Positions 1 through 8,279 of a stretch of 64,000 bases of DNA are shown here, piece by piece; the stretch's first letter is position 1, and every line of letters starts with the position of its first letter. The position numbers and the translations under genes were made by a program. The notes under the pieces are model-generated. The model was not told the DNA's origin and made no database searches. It saw nothing but the letters and a program-made list of their open reading frames with translations. The stretch spans positions 75,717 through 139,716 of the forward strand of contig JAQUPP010000002.1 of NCBI GenBank assembly GCA_028716665.1, given 5' to 3'. This stretch comes from Patescibacteria group bacterium (GTDB lineage Bacteria > Patescibacteriota > Patescibacteriia > UBA2591 > JAQUPP01).

Positions 1-2
1 TT

Positions 3-110
3 TTAAGAACAAAAGGAAAAATTTTAACCATTATTGTTTTAGCCGTTTTGATTGGCGGTTTTATCGTCTCTTTAATCATTAAATCAGACAGAAGCAGAAC
101 AAGTCCTTGA
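3..110 (+). CDS. 3' end of a gene running in from the window edge (membrane-anchored protein, partial)
   Basis: Open frame LRTKGKILTIIVLAVLIGGFIVSLIIKSDRSRTSP* with one hydrophobic segment; start lies outside the window. Confidence 0.4.
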   Translation, partial: LRTKGKILTIIVLAVLIGGFIVSLIIKSDRSRTSP

Positions 111-185
111 AGTTTTTAGTATTTCTGTTATAATATCTTGGTATCAAAATAGTGAAACTTTGGCCTGATACAGATGATTTTAAAG

Positions 186-289
186 ATTAAAAATCAAAAT
201 GGAAAATGACAGTGTAAAATTTAAAAATTCAATAAATAATTTTGACATTTTGAATTGTCATTTTAATTTTTGATATTTGCATTTTTAAT
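186..289. repeat. Inverted pair of degenerate short-period tandem arrays
   Basis: Left arm aaaatcaaaatggaaaatgacag... is complementary to right arm ...ttgtcattttaatttttgatatttgcattttt. Confidence 0.55.
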
Positions 290-302
290 TATAAAAATTA
301 CC

Positions 303-1853
303 ATGGAATCCGAACAAGACAAAATTAAAAAGAAAGAAATTGAAGATGAGGTTATTTTATTTGCGGAAACGAATTATCGCAGTAAAAGACAAAAATTTGG
401 CATTAGAACCGACGATCGGCGCCGGCATATGTATATTGTCGGAAAAACCGGCGTAGGTAAGTCAACAGTGCTGGAAAATATGATATATCAGGATATTATC
501 GCCGGACATGGCGTGGCGATTGTTGATCCTCATGGAGATTTGGCTGAAAAAGCATTGGAATTTATTCCGGCCAACCGTATTAATGATACGGTTTATTTTA
601 ATCCGGCAGATTATGAATTTCCGTTTGCTTTTAACGTTTTGGAAAGAGTGGAAACAGGGGAGCGGCATTTGGTCGCTTCGGGTTTGATTGGAATTTTTAA
701 GAAAATTTGGGCTGATTCTTGGGGTCCAAGATTGGAATATGTTTTAAGAAACGCCATTTTGGCGCTTTTGGAATATCCGGGCAGTACTTTGCTCGGAATT
801 ATGCGTATTTTGGTTGATAAAGAATTTCGCGGCAAAGTGGTTGACCAGTTAAGTGATCCGGTGGTTAAATCTTTTTGGTTGGATGAATATCCGAAATATC
901 CGGACCGTTTGAGATCTGAGGCTATTGCTCCAATTCAAAATAAAGTCGGACAATTTCTTTCCACGGCTTTAATCAGAAATATCGTCGGCCAGATAAAATC
1001 AAAAATTGACTTGAGACAAATAATGGACGAAAAGAAAATTTTAATAATGAATCTTTCTAAAGGCAGAATCGGAGAAGACGCTTCGTCTCTTTTGGGCGCG
1101 ATGATGATTACAAAAATCCAATTGGCGGCCATGAGCAGAATTAATATTCCTGAAATAGATCGTCATGATTTTTATCTTTATGTTGATGAATTTCAAAATT
1201 TTGCCACTGATTCTTTCGCCAATATTCTTTCTGAAGCCAGAAAATATCATCTTAACTTGGTTATTGCTCATCAATATATCGGTCAATTGGCCACTGAAAC
1301 TTCCAGTAAAGTGCGCGACGCCGTATTCGGCAATGTCGGCACAATGGTTATTTTCAGAGTTGGCGCCGAAGACGCGGAATTTTTAGCCAAAGAATTTGCT
1401 CCCCGTTTTGAAGAAACCGATTTGGTTGACTTGGACAAATATAATATTTATGTAAAATTGATGATCGACGGTATCACTTCTGAGCCATTTTCCGCCGCTA
1501 CTTTGCCTCCGCTTTCCATTTTGGAAGATAATAAAGAAAAAATTATAAAAGTTTCCCGAGAGCGCTATACCGAACCGAGAAAGCAAGTTGAAGAAAAAAT
1601 AATGCGTTGGAGTGGTGTTCTTGCCGCCGGCCAAAGTTTATCTCAAGAATCAAATGTTGATAAATATGAAGCCGTTTGCAATGGTTGCGGCAAAACCGTT
1701 TTTGTCCCGTTTGTTCCGGATGGCATCAGACCGATTTATTGCAAGGATTGCTTGAAGAAAAATCGTCAAGTTTTTCAGCCTCAATCTCAACCCCGAAATA
1801 ATGTTTCGTTTAATGAAGCGATTAAGCGAGGTCCAATACCTTTTAAAAAGTAA
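303..1853 (+). CDS. VirD4/TraG/HerA-like P-loop ATPase (CPR type IV secretion system DNA-binding domain protein) with C-terminal CxxC-x17-CxxC domain
   Basis: Walker A GKTGVGKS, DPHGDL, Walker B LYVDEFQNF, SEARKY, AHQY; C-terminal CNGC-x17-CKDC. ATG at 303 preferred over TTG 270, which lies in the repeat arm. Confidence 0.85.
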   Translation: MESEQDKIKKKEIEDEVILFAETNYRSKRQKFGIRTDDRRRHMYIVGKTGVGKSTVLENMIYQDIIAGHGVAIVDPHGDLAEKALEFIPANRINDTVYFNPADYEFPFAFNVLERVETGERHLVASGLIGIFKKIWADSWGPRLEYVLRNAILALLEYPGSTLLGIMRILVDKEFRGKVVDQLSDPVVKSFWLDEYPKYPDRLRSEAIAPIQNKVGQFLSTALIRNIVGQIKSKIDLRQIMDEKKILIMNLSKGRIGEDASSLLGAMMITKIQLAAMSRINIPEIDRHDFYLYVDEFQNFATDSFANILSEARKYHLNLVIAHQYIGQLATETSSKVRDAVFGNVGTMVIFRVGAEDAEFLAKEFAPRFEETDLVDLDKYNIYVKLMIDGITSEPFSAATLPPLSILEDNKEKIIKVSRERYTEPRKQVEEKIMRWSGVLAAGQSLSQESNVDKYEAVCNGCGKTVFVPFVPDGIRPIYCKDCLKKNRQVFQPQSQPRNNVSFNEAIKRGPIPFKK

Positions 1854-1940
1854 GAGAATATAATTTTATTACATGTCACTCTTCAATTGTTATTGATAGA
1901 TTTTTAGAAGCGGCTAAATTGGGTGCTTTTTTATTATCAA

Positions 1941-2079
1941 GCGAGTGAGAGAAAAGCAATTCCGCTAATGCGGATTGCTTTTTCGAGCGAGCGCAGATAT
2001 CAAAGGGTTTGATACTCCTCTGCCAGCTGGCAGATGTGAAACGGGGGTTTGGGGCGTGCTCCGGGGTTTAATACCCTTT
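1941..2079. repeat. Composite palindromic (REP/MITE-like) intergenic element
   Basis: Hairpins gaaaagcaat-tccgc taat gcgga-ttgcttttt and aaagggt...acccttt, the latter enclosing the perfect palindrome tctgccagctggcaga (2019-2034). Confidence 0.55.
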
Positions 2080-2111
2080 ATTTTTAAGTAATAATTAAAT
2101 AAAATAAATTT

Positions 2112-2615
2112 ATGGCGATTCCAAAACAAATTCTTTCTTATCTTGAGAAAAATAAAATTAAATATGAAGCAATTGAACATCGGCCGGTTTTTACGGCTTG
2201 GGATTTGGTTCAAACTTTGCATTTGAAAAAACCGGAGGAGGCGGTTAAGACATTGATTTTCAATATTGATAATGAGCATGTTTTGATTTTGCTTCCGCCG
2301 AATAAAAATTTTGACAAAGCCAAATTCAAAAATTTGATGAATGGTCTTCGCAAAAAACAAGGATTAAAAGGCGTTAAAAAAATGGATTTTGTCAAAGAAG
2401 TTTGGATGAAAAAGAATATTAAAATCGGTAAATTGGGAGCCGTGCCGCCATTTGGTAAATTATTGAATTTGCCGGTTTTTGCGGATAACATTGTTTTAAA
2501 ACAAAAGAAAGTTTTGGTCAGTGGCGGCGATCATAATGTGTCTCTTAAAATTTCCATTAAAGATTTTATTAAATTGGAAGAGCCGATTAAAGGCAGTTTT
2601 AGCCAGAAAAAATAA
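2112..2615 (+). CDS. YbaK/EbsC (prolyl-tRNA editing, aminoacyl-tRNA deacylase) family protein
   Basis: YEAIEH..FTA, VKTL and GAVPPFG motifs. Confidence 0.8.
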   Translation: MAIPKQILSYLEKNKIKYEAIEHRPVFTAWDLVQTLHLKKPEEAVKTLIFNIDNEHVLILLPPNKNFDKAKFKNLMNGLRKKQGLKGVKKMDFVKEVWMKKNIKIGKLGAVPPFGKLLNLPVFADNIVLKQKKVLVSGGDHNVSLKISIKDFIKLEEPIKGSFSQKK

Positions 2616-2636
2616 AGGGCTTTGTTAAAATTTTCT

Positions 2637-3344
2637 ATGTATAATATTAAAGTTAATGAATTTGAAGGGCCATTTGATCTACTGCTTCGTTTGATTGAAA
2701 AGGAAAAAATGGATATTACCGACATTTCTTTAGCCAAAGTGACTGATGAATTCGTCACTTATTTAACCAATGCCATTGAAATAAATTGGGAAGAATTGGC
2801 TGATTTTTTGGATATTGCTTCCAAGCTTCTTTTGATTAAATCAAAATTATTAATTCCCGGTTCAATCTTAGAGGAGGAAGAAGGAGGGGATTTGGTCGGT
2901 CAATTGAAAATTTACAAAGAATTTCATAATGCTTCGCAGAAAATAGGAAAAATTATCGCCAAGGGTCATTACGCTTTTTATCGGGATAAAATTCCTTTAA
3001 ATATGATTCCTCAAACATCATTAAATACGAAAATAACGGTCAAAATGCTGGAAAGATCATTTAAAAATGTCATGGAAACGATTTTATTCCAGATAAAATT
3101 GGCGCAAAAAACCATCAAGCATCAGGTTATTTCCTTGAAACAAAAAATCAATGAATTATTTGAACTGGTTTCGTCCAGCCAAAGAGTTATTTTAAACAAT
3201 TTTATTGATCAAAAAGAAAAAATAGAAAAAGTGGTCATATTTTTGGCGCTTTTGGATTTGGTGAAAAGAAAAATGATTACTGTTGATCAGGAAGAATTGT
3301 TCAGTGAAATTATCATTACCAAAAAAGAACAGCAACAAGCTTAA
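2637..3344 (+). CDS. scpA: Segregation and condensation protein A
   Basis: FEGPFDLLLRLI N-terminus, FLALLDL winged-helix C-terminus; adjacent to scpB; ATG at 2637. Confidence 0.93.
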   Translation: MYNIKVNEFEGPFDLLLRLIEKEKMDITDISLAKVTDEFVTYLTNAIEINWEELADFLDIASKLLLIKSKLLIPGSILEEEEGGDLVGQLKIYKEFHNASQKIGKIIAKGHYAFYRDKIPLNMIPQTSLNTKITVKMLERSFKNVMETILFQIKLAQKTIKHQVISLKQKINELFELVSSSQRVILNNFIDQKEKIEKVVIFLALLDLVKRKMITVDQEELFSEIIITKKEQQQA

Positions 3345-3365
3345 TAATATTAAAATCAAGCGAAT

Positions 3366-3968
3366 ATGTTAAAATCAACCATTGAAAGTTTAATTTTTAT
3401 CTCCAACCGTCCTTTAACCAAAAAGGAAATATCTGTTATTACTGAGGCAAAAATTGAAGAAGTCGGACAGGTTCTTGAAGAATTGGTTAAAGAATATAAT
3501 GAGAAAAATGGCGGGATAAAAATAATTCAAGACGGCAAGGAATTTCAAATGGTTACCAATCCGGATAATACAACAATTATTCAAAAATTTTTGAAAGAAG
3601 AAGTAACCAGAGAATTGACGCCGGCCTCGCTGGAAACATTGGCGATTGTCGCTTATCGAGGTCCGATCAGCAGGGGAGAATTAGAACAAATCAGAGGAGT
3701 CAATTGCGCGATTATTTTGCGAAATCTTTTAATCAGAGGCTTGATCATAGAAAGTGATGCTGATAAAGATTTATCAAGCAAAGATCCGTTGAAATGCGCT
3801 TATAATATAAGTTTGGATTTTATTCGCCATTTGGGCATTACGGATATTAAAGATTTGCCAAATTACGAAAAACTTAACAGTCAAATACCATTGCAAACTT
3901 TAGCCGGCGAAGAACAACTGAATAAAAATCCGGAGCCTCCGCAGGAGTCAAGTGAAGAAACTTTATAG
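3366..3968 (+). CDS. scpB: Segregation and condensation protein B
   Basis: IESLIF, LETLAIVAYRGPISRGELEQIRGVN. Confidence 0.95.
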   Translation: MLKSTIESLIFISNRPLTKKEISVITEAKIEEVGQVLEELVKEYNEKNGGIKIIQDGKEFQMVTNPDNTTIIQKFLKEEVTRELTPASLETLAIVAYRGPISRGELEQIRGVNCAIILRNLLIRGLIIESDADKDLSSKDPLKCAYNISLDFIRHLGITDIKDLPNYEKLNSQIPLQTLAGEEQLNKNPEPPQESSEETL

Positions 3969-3989
3969 TTTTTAAGTAGAGAGCTATCA

Positions 3990-4076
3990 GCCCCTCACAT
4001 GAAAATTATTGTCTTTTCCGAGTGAGTGCGGGCGACACAGGAGATTAATAATTTTGATAATTTTCATGTGAGGGGC
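3990..4076. mobile_element. MITE-like element with 20-bp perfect terminal inverted repeats
   Basis: gcccctcacatgaaaattat (3990-4009) / ataattttcatgtgaggggc (4057-4076). Confidence 0.65.
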
Positions 4077-4145
4077 CCTCATAGTTTAACTCCGACGCCT
4101 TAAAGGGTCGGAGTCCCGACCTCCAGAGCGTCGGGGCGGATAGAA
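4075..4145 (+). pseudogene. Duplicated 5' fragment of tRNA-Arg(CCG) interrupted in the D-loop by a 47-nt double palindrome
   Basis: gccctcatagtttaa (4075-4089) = tRNA 4198-4212; ggatagaa (4138-4145) = tRNA 4214-4221; insert ctccgac..gtcggag / cccgac..gtcggg. Confidence 0.75.
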
Positions 4146-4197
4146 AAATTTATTTTTTTTAGTAATTAGTCATTAGTAATTTGTAATTTGTTTTTCC

Positions 4198-4269
4198 GCC
4201 CTCATAGTTTAATGGATAGAACGTAGCCCTCCGAAGGCTGAAATGCAGGTTCGATTCCTGCTGAGGGCA
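4198..4269 (+). tRNA. tRNA-Arg(CCG)
   Basis: Cloverleaf: acceptor GCCCTCA/TGAGGGC, anticodon arm TAGCC-CTCCGAA-GGCTG, T-loop TTCGATT; CCA not encoded. Confidence 0.95.
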
Positions 4270-4328
4270 TTTGAAAAAACCAGCCAAAGTCCTCGGCATG
4301 CCGATGGCGGAATTATTTAAATAATATT

Positions 4329-5486
4329 ATGGCTAGAAAATCATCAATTAAAAATCTTAAGAAAGCGAGAAAAGCAAAGAATGACGAGTTTTATACTCAG
4401 TATATTGATATTCAAAAAGAGATTGAAAAATACCTGGATTATAATTCTGATACTTTTCGCAGCAAGGCAGTGTATTGCAATTGCGACGATCCGTTTGAGA
4501 GCAATTTCTTTCGCTATTTCGTGCTCAATTTCAACAAGCTTGGATTAAAACAGCTCATTACTACGAGCTACAAGCCTTCGCCCGTAGCGAACACGCAGCT
4601 AGGGTTGTTTGGGGATGATAAAACTCTTACAAAATCAAAAAGCCTGCCTGCCGGTAGGCAGGGCCGTGCTAAAATAACCGCCAACAAATTTATTATCAAC
4701 GAAGTGCGTGATATAGACAACGATGGTGAGTTTAACTTGGAAGATATTGCCAAACAGTTAAAGGTAAACAAAAATAATGAATGGGCGCCATTAGAAGGTG
4801 ATGGTGATTTTCGTAGCGATGAATGTGTAGAACTACTCAAGCAATCCGATATAGTAGTAACCAACCCACCCTTTAGTTTGTTTCGTGAATATTTTAGACA
4901 ACTTTTTGATTATAAAAAAAAGTTTTTGATTATCGGCAATATCAACTGCCTAACCTATAGAGAAATATTTCAAAAAATTAAAGAAAATATAGCATGGCTT
5001 GGTAATGGAATGGGGAGATGGATTTCTGGATTTATTGTTCCCGAATCCTACGACTTATACGGATCAGAGGCTCGGATAGATAAAAATGGAAACAGAATTG
5101 TAGCCACCAATAATTGTTTATGGCTAACTAATCTTGATCACGGTCGCCGCCACCAGCCATTACCGCTTATGACAATGGAAGAAAATTTGAAATACAGCAA
5201 ACATAAAGAAATTAAAGGTAAAAAAGCGTATGATAAATATGACAATTATGATGCGATTGAAATACCTTTTACCGATGCAATTCCAAGCGATTATAAAGGC
5301 GTAATGGGTGTGCCAGTTACATTTCTTGATAAATATAATCCCAAACAGTTTGAAATATTGGGAAATTCTAATGTGCGAGGAGAGCGAGAACATTTAATGA
5401 ACAAGGTAAAATCCGCAACGGATTGTACTTATATAAACGGAAAACCGCAATATGCTCGTATATTAATAAAACATAAGAAAAAATAA
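4329..5486 (+). CDS. Adenine-specific DNA methyltransferase, EcoRI-methylase family
   Basis: KNDEFYT, VYCNCDDP, GDFRS, VVTNPPFSLF (NPPF), DYKGVMGVP.TFLDKYNP.QFEI. Confidence 0.9.
   Translation: MARKSSIKNLKKARKAKNDEFYTQYIDIQKEIEKYLDYNSDTFRSKAVYCNCDDPFESNFFRYFVLNFNKLGLKQLITTSYKPSPVANTQLGLFGDDKTLTKSKSLPAGRQGRAKITANKFIINEVRDIDNDGEFNLEDIAKQLKVNKNNEWAPLEGDGDFRSDECVELLKQSDIVVTNPPFSLFREYFRQLFDYKKKFLIIGNINCLTYREIFQKIKENIAWLGNGMGRWISGFIVPESYDLYGSEARIDKNGNRIVATNNCLWLTNLDHGRRHQPLPLMTMEENLKYSKHKEIKGKKAYDKYDNYDAIEIPFTDAIPSDYKGVMGVPVTFLDKYNPKQFEILGNSNVRGEREHLMNKVKSATDCTYINGKPQYARILIKHKKK
4643..4662. repeat. 20-nt palindromic element in-frame in the methyltransferase (LPAGRQ)
   Basis: cctgcctgccggtaggcagg; exact reverse complement occurs at 62048-62067. 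Confidence 0.85.
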
Positions 5487-5510
5487 TTTTTTAAATTTTA
5501 ATTTTTTAAA

Positions 5511-7058
5511 ATGGAAATAGCACTACCAAATCAAATTTATGGTGATAAAAAAATCATAATAGATGACTCAAAATCTGTTTTTGTTTTTATTGGTGCTAAT
5601 GGCTCAGGCAAATCAAAACTAATGGATCAAATAAAGGCACATATGACACAACAAACGAAAATAATTTCTGATGGGATTAATTCAGTTCCTCCTATTAATA
5701 CCATTGATGAGGAGAGCGTAAAACAAAATTCTTGGGGGAATAAAGTAGTTGATAATGTCACAAGCCTTATAAATGGTAACGATACTGTTAGACAAGTTAT
5801 TTTCTTTTGGTTTAAAAAACTATTTGGCAAAGAAATTAGTAAAGAGGGCAATCAATATTGGATAACAGAAGACGGTAATAAATTTCAATTGAATGCAGAC
5901 GGCGACGGATATAAAACATTTTTTAATTTAGCTTATTATTTAACAACTCCAGATTATAAATATTTAATTTTTGATGAACCGGAAAGATTCTTGCATCCTA
6001 ATTTGCAGATAAGCTTGTTTAATATGATAAAAAAGCTATCAAGGGATTATGGGAAACAGGTTTTTATTACAACACATTCATCACATTTTATCGACTTTCT
6101 TTCTGACGGAATTGAAGTTTTTCTTCTTAGTAAGCCAAAAAAAGAAACCTTTAACTTAACAGAAAAAATTAATAGCTCATCCGATAAAAATTTTACGACA
6201 TGGATTCACTACAATAAACATATTTTATTTAGCAAAACCATTGTTTTATTGGAGGGGTACACTGATCAAATATTTTTAAATCAACTTTTACAAAAGTTGA
6301 ATCATTCTGTATTTGGAAGAAATATTTCCTTTATTTCCGTGGCAGTAGAAAAAGAAAACGGTGGTAAGTCAAAAATTGTAAAATTTCAAAAAATTATTTC
6401 AGAATTTTTTACTTGTTGGAGTTTATTTGACTTGGATCTTTTGCTAAATAGTGGTGGGGAATTAAGTAAGTATTTAGATGCAACGGATGTTACAGAATTT
6501 GGTACATGGAGAAATAGTAAAACTCTTGATGACTTATCAAATCTACTAGCTGAACAAGAAATGACAAAAGTTTTTAAAACATTAAAAGCCAAAAAAGTAT
6601 TAATTTTGGAAAAAGGTGCCATTGAGAAATATTGTAAAAAAATTGGTGTTGCTGATAAATTAAAAGATAAATTATATGAAGAAGTTGACTATCTAAATTC
6701 ACTCACACTTGATTTAGTTGAATCTGAATATGGAGACTTAATTAATATAATATCTAGTCTAGATGGATTTAATTTTGATGAAAATGATGATTTATCGAAT
6801 TTAGTTTTTAGATTGATAATGGACTTTGAAAAAGAGGCGAAAACTCTAAATCCATATCAATATTTAAAAATTCCAAAATCTATACAGGATCATTTATTTA
6901 GTGACCCAGACAAAGGAGCAAGTTATGAGTTTAGATTTAGATTTTTGAGCGATAAATTATTTTCCATTAAAAAAACTTTTTCAACGGACGAAAAAAAAGA
7001 TTATATAGATTCAGTGTTTTCAAGCTCCAGTATCAGCCAAAGATATTTACAAAGGTAA
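5511..7058 (+). CDS. OLD-family-like ATP-dependent nuclease (ABC ATPase + TOPRIM)
   Basis: Walker A GANGSGKS, Walker B/D-loop IFDEPERFLHP, H-loop ITTHS; TOPRIM LLEGYTD...GGKS...FDLD. Confidence 0.85.
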   Translation: MEIALPNQIYGDKKIIIDDSKSVFVFIGANGSGKSKLMDQIKAHMTQQTKIISDGINSVPPINTIDEESVKQNSWGNKVVDNVTSLINGNDTVRQVIFFWFKKLFGKEISKEGNQYWITEDGNKFQLNADGDGYKTFFNLAYYLTTPDYKYLIFDEPERFLHPNLQISLFNMIKKLSRDYGKQVFITTHSSHFIDFLSDGIEVFLLSKPKKETFNLTEKINSSSDKNFTTWIHYNKHILFSKTIVLLEGYTDQIFLNQLLQKLNHSVFGRNISFISVAVEKENGGKSKIVKFQKIISEFFTCWSLFDLDLLLNSGGELSKYLDATDVTEFGTWRNSKTLDDLSNLLAEQEMTKVFKTLKAKKVLILEKGAIEKYCKKIGVADKLKDKLYEEVDYLNSLTLDLVESEYGDLINIISSLDGFNFDENDDLSNLVFRLIMDFEKEAKTLNPYQYLKIPKSIQDHLFSDPDKGASYEFRFRFLSDKLFSIKKTFSTDEKKDYIDSVFSSSSISQRYLQR

Positions 7059-7100
7059 AAATTATTAATAGACAAGAAAAAAATAACCAAATTAAATAAT

Positions 7101-8267
7101 ATGAAAACTATTTTAAAAACCAACATCACCGTTAAAGATATTTGCGATGGGTTTGTTTATAACGAACTTGAAGGCAAGGGCTTATTTGGTTTGTCCGGCA
7201 AGTTGACTATTCAACCGGAGTATCAACGCAATTATATTTATGCGTCTGACGGCGGGAAAAGAGAGATGGCTGTTATTGAATCAATACTCAAAGGTTACCC
7301 AATAGGTTTAATTTATTTTAATAAAGTTAGCGAAGATAAACTGGAAGTTTTAGATGGACAACAGCGCATTACCAGTGTCGGACGTTTTATCACCGACAAA
7401 TTTGCAATCAAAGATGAAAATGGGATGCAATATTTCGGCGGTATGGCAAAAGACAAGAAAGCTAAGATTTTAGAAACAAAATTGCTTATTTATGAATGCG
7501 AAGGCACAGAAAGCCAAATAAAAGAGTGGTTTAAAACAATCAATATTGCCGGAGTACCGCTCGTCCCTCAAGAATTGTTAAACGCGATTTATTCCGGACT
7601 ATTCGTTACATTAGGCAAAGAGGAGTTCAGTAACAGCCAAAATGCTAATATTCAAAAATGGAGCGCGTATATAAAAGGCAGCGCAAACCGACAGGCATTT
7701 TTTGAGAGGGCATTGGACTGGGCGAGTAAGGGAAATATTGATGACTACATGAGCCTCCATCGCTATGATAAAAATATTATTGAGTTAAAAAAATATTTCA
7801 ATAGTGTGATTGACTGGGTCTCTAGCGTCTTCACCGATGTGGAAAGCGAGATGTGCGGACTTGAGTGGGGACGACTGTACGAGCAGTATCATAAGAAAGC
7901 TTATGACCCCAAAAAAGTGTCATCCGAAGTGCGTAAGCTCTATGGCGATCCATACCTCAAAAACCGTAAAGGTATTTTTGAATTTATTTTAGGAGGTTCT
8001 ACTGATACGAAATTGCTTGAGGTTAGAATTTTTGATGAAGCAACCAAAAAAGCAGTTTATGCGACACAAACTGCAAAAGCAGAGAAAAAAGGCGAATCAA
8101 ATTGCCCGCATTGCGCTATTGGACATGATGCCAACAAGAGTAAAATTTGGAGTTTAAACGATATGGATGCTGACCATGTAGCGGCTTGGAGTAAGGGTGG
8201 TAAAAGCGATATTAAGAATTGCCAAATGCTGTGCAAAACGCATAATCGAGCAAAAGGTAATCGGTAA
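7101..8267 (+). CDS. DUF262 (GmrS/ParB-like) + C-terminal HNH endonuclease
   Basis: [20 protein letters not shown] motifs; CPHC...DADHV.AWSKGG...[10 protein letters not shown]. Confidence 0.9.
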   Translation: MKTILKTNITVKDICDGFVYNELEGKGLFGLSGKLTIQPEYQRNYIYASDGGKREMAVIESILKGYPIGLIYFNKVSEDKLEVLDGQQRITSVGRFITDKFAIKDENGMQYFGGMAKDKKAKILETKLLIYECEGTESQIKEWFKTINIAGVPLVPQELLNAIYSGLFVTLGKEEFSNSQNANIQKWSAYIKGSANRQAFFERALDWASKGNIDDYMSLHRYDKNIIELKKYFNSVIDWVSSVFTDVESEMCGLEWGRLYEQYHKKAYDPKKVSSEVRKLYGDPYLKNRKGIFEFILGGSTDTKLLEVRIFDEATKKAVYATQTAKAEKKGESNCPHCAIGHDANKSKIWSLNDMDADHVAAWSKGGKSDIKNCQMLCKTHNRAKGNR

Positions 8268-8279
8268 GAAAAATTAATT

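Noticed and set aside
1965-2360. 131-aa minus-strand ORF containing LPAGR
   Set aside because: It is antisense to the YbaK gene and runs through palindromic repeats, so it is a shadow ORF like most other short antisense ORFs in the track.
4270-8279. Intact integrative element at tRNA-Arg
   Set aside because: There is no integrase and no tRNA 3'-end duplication at the right boundary; only the defence-like genes remain.
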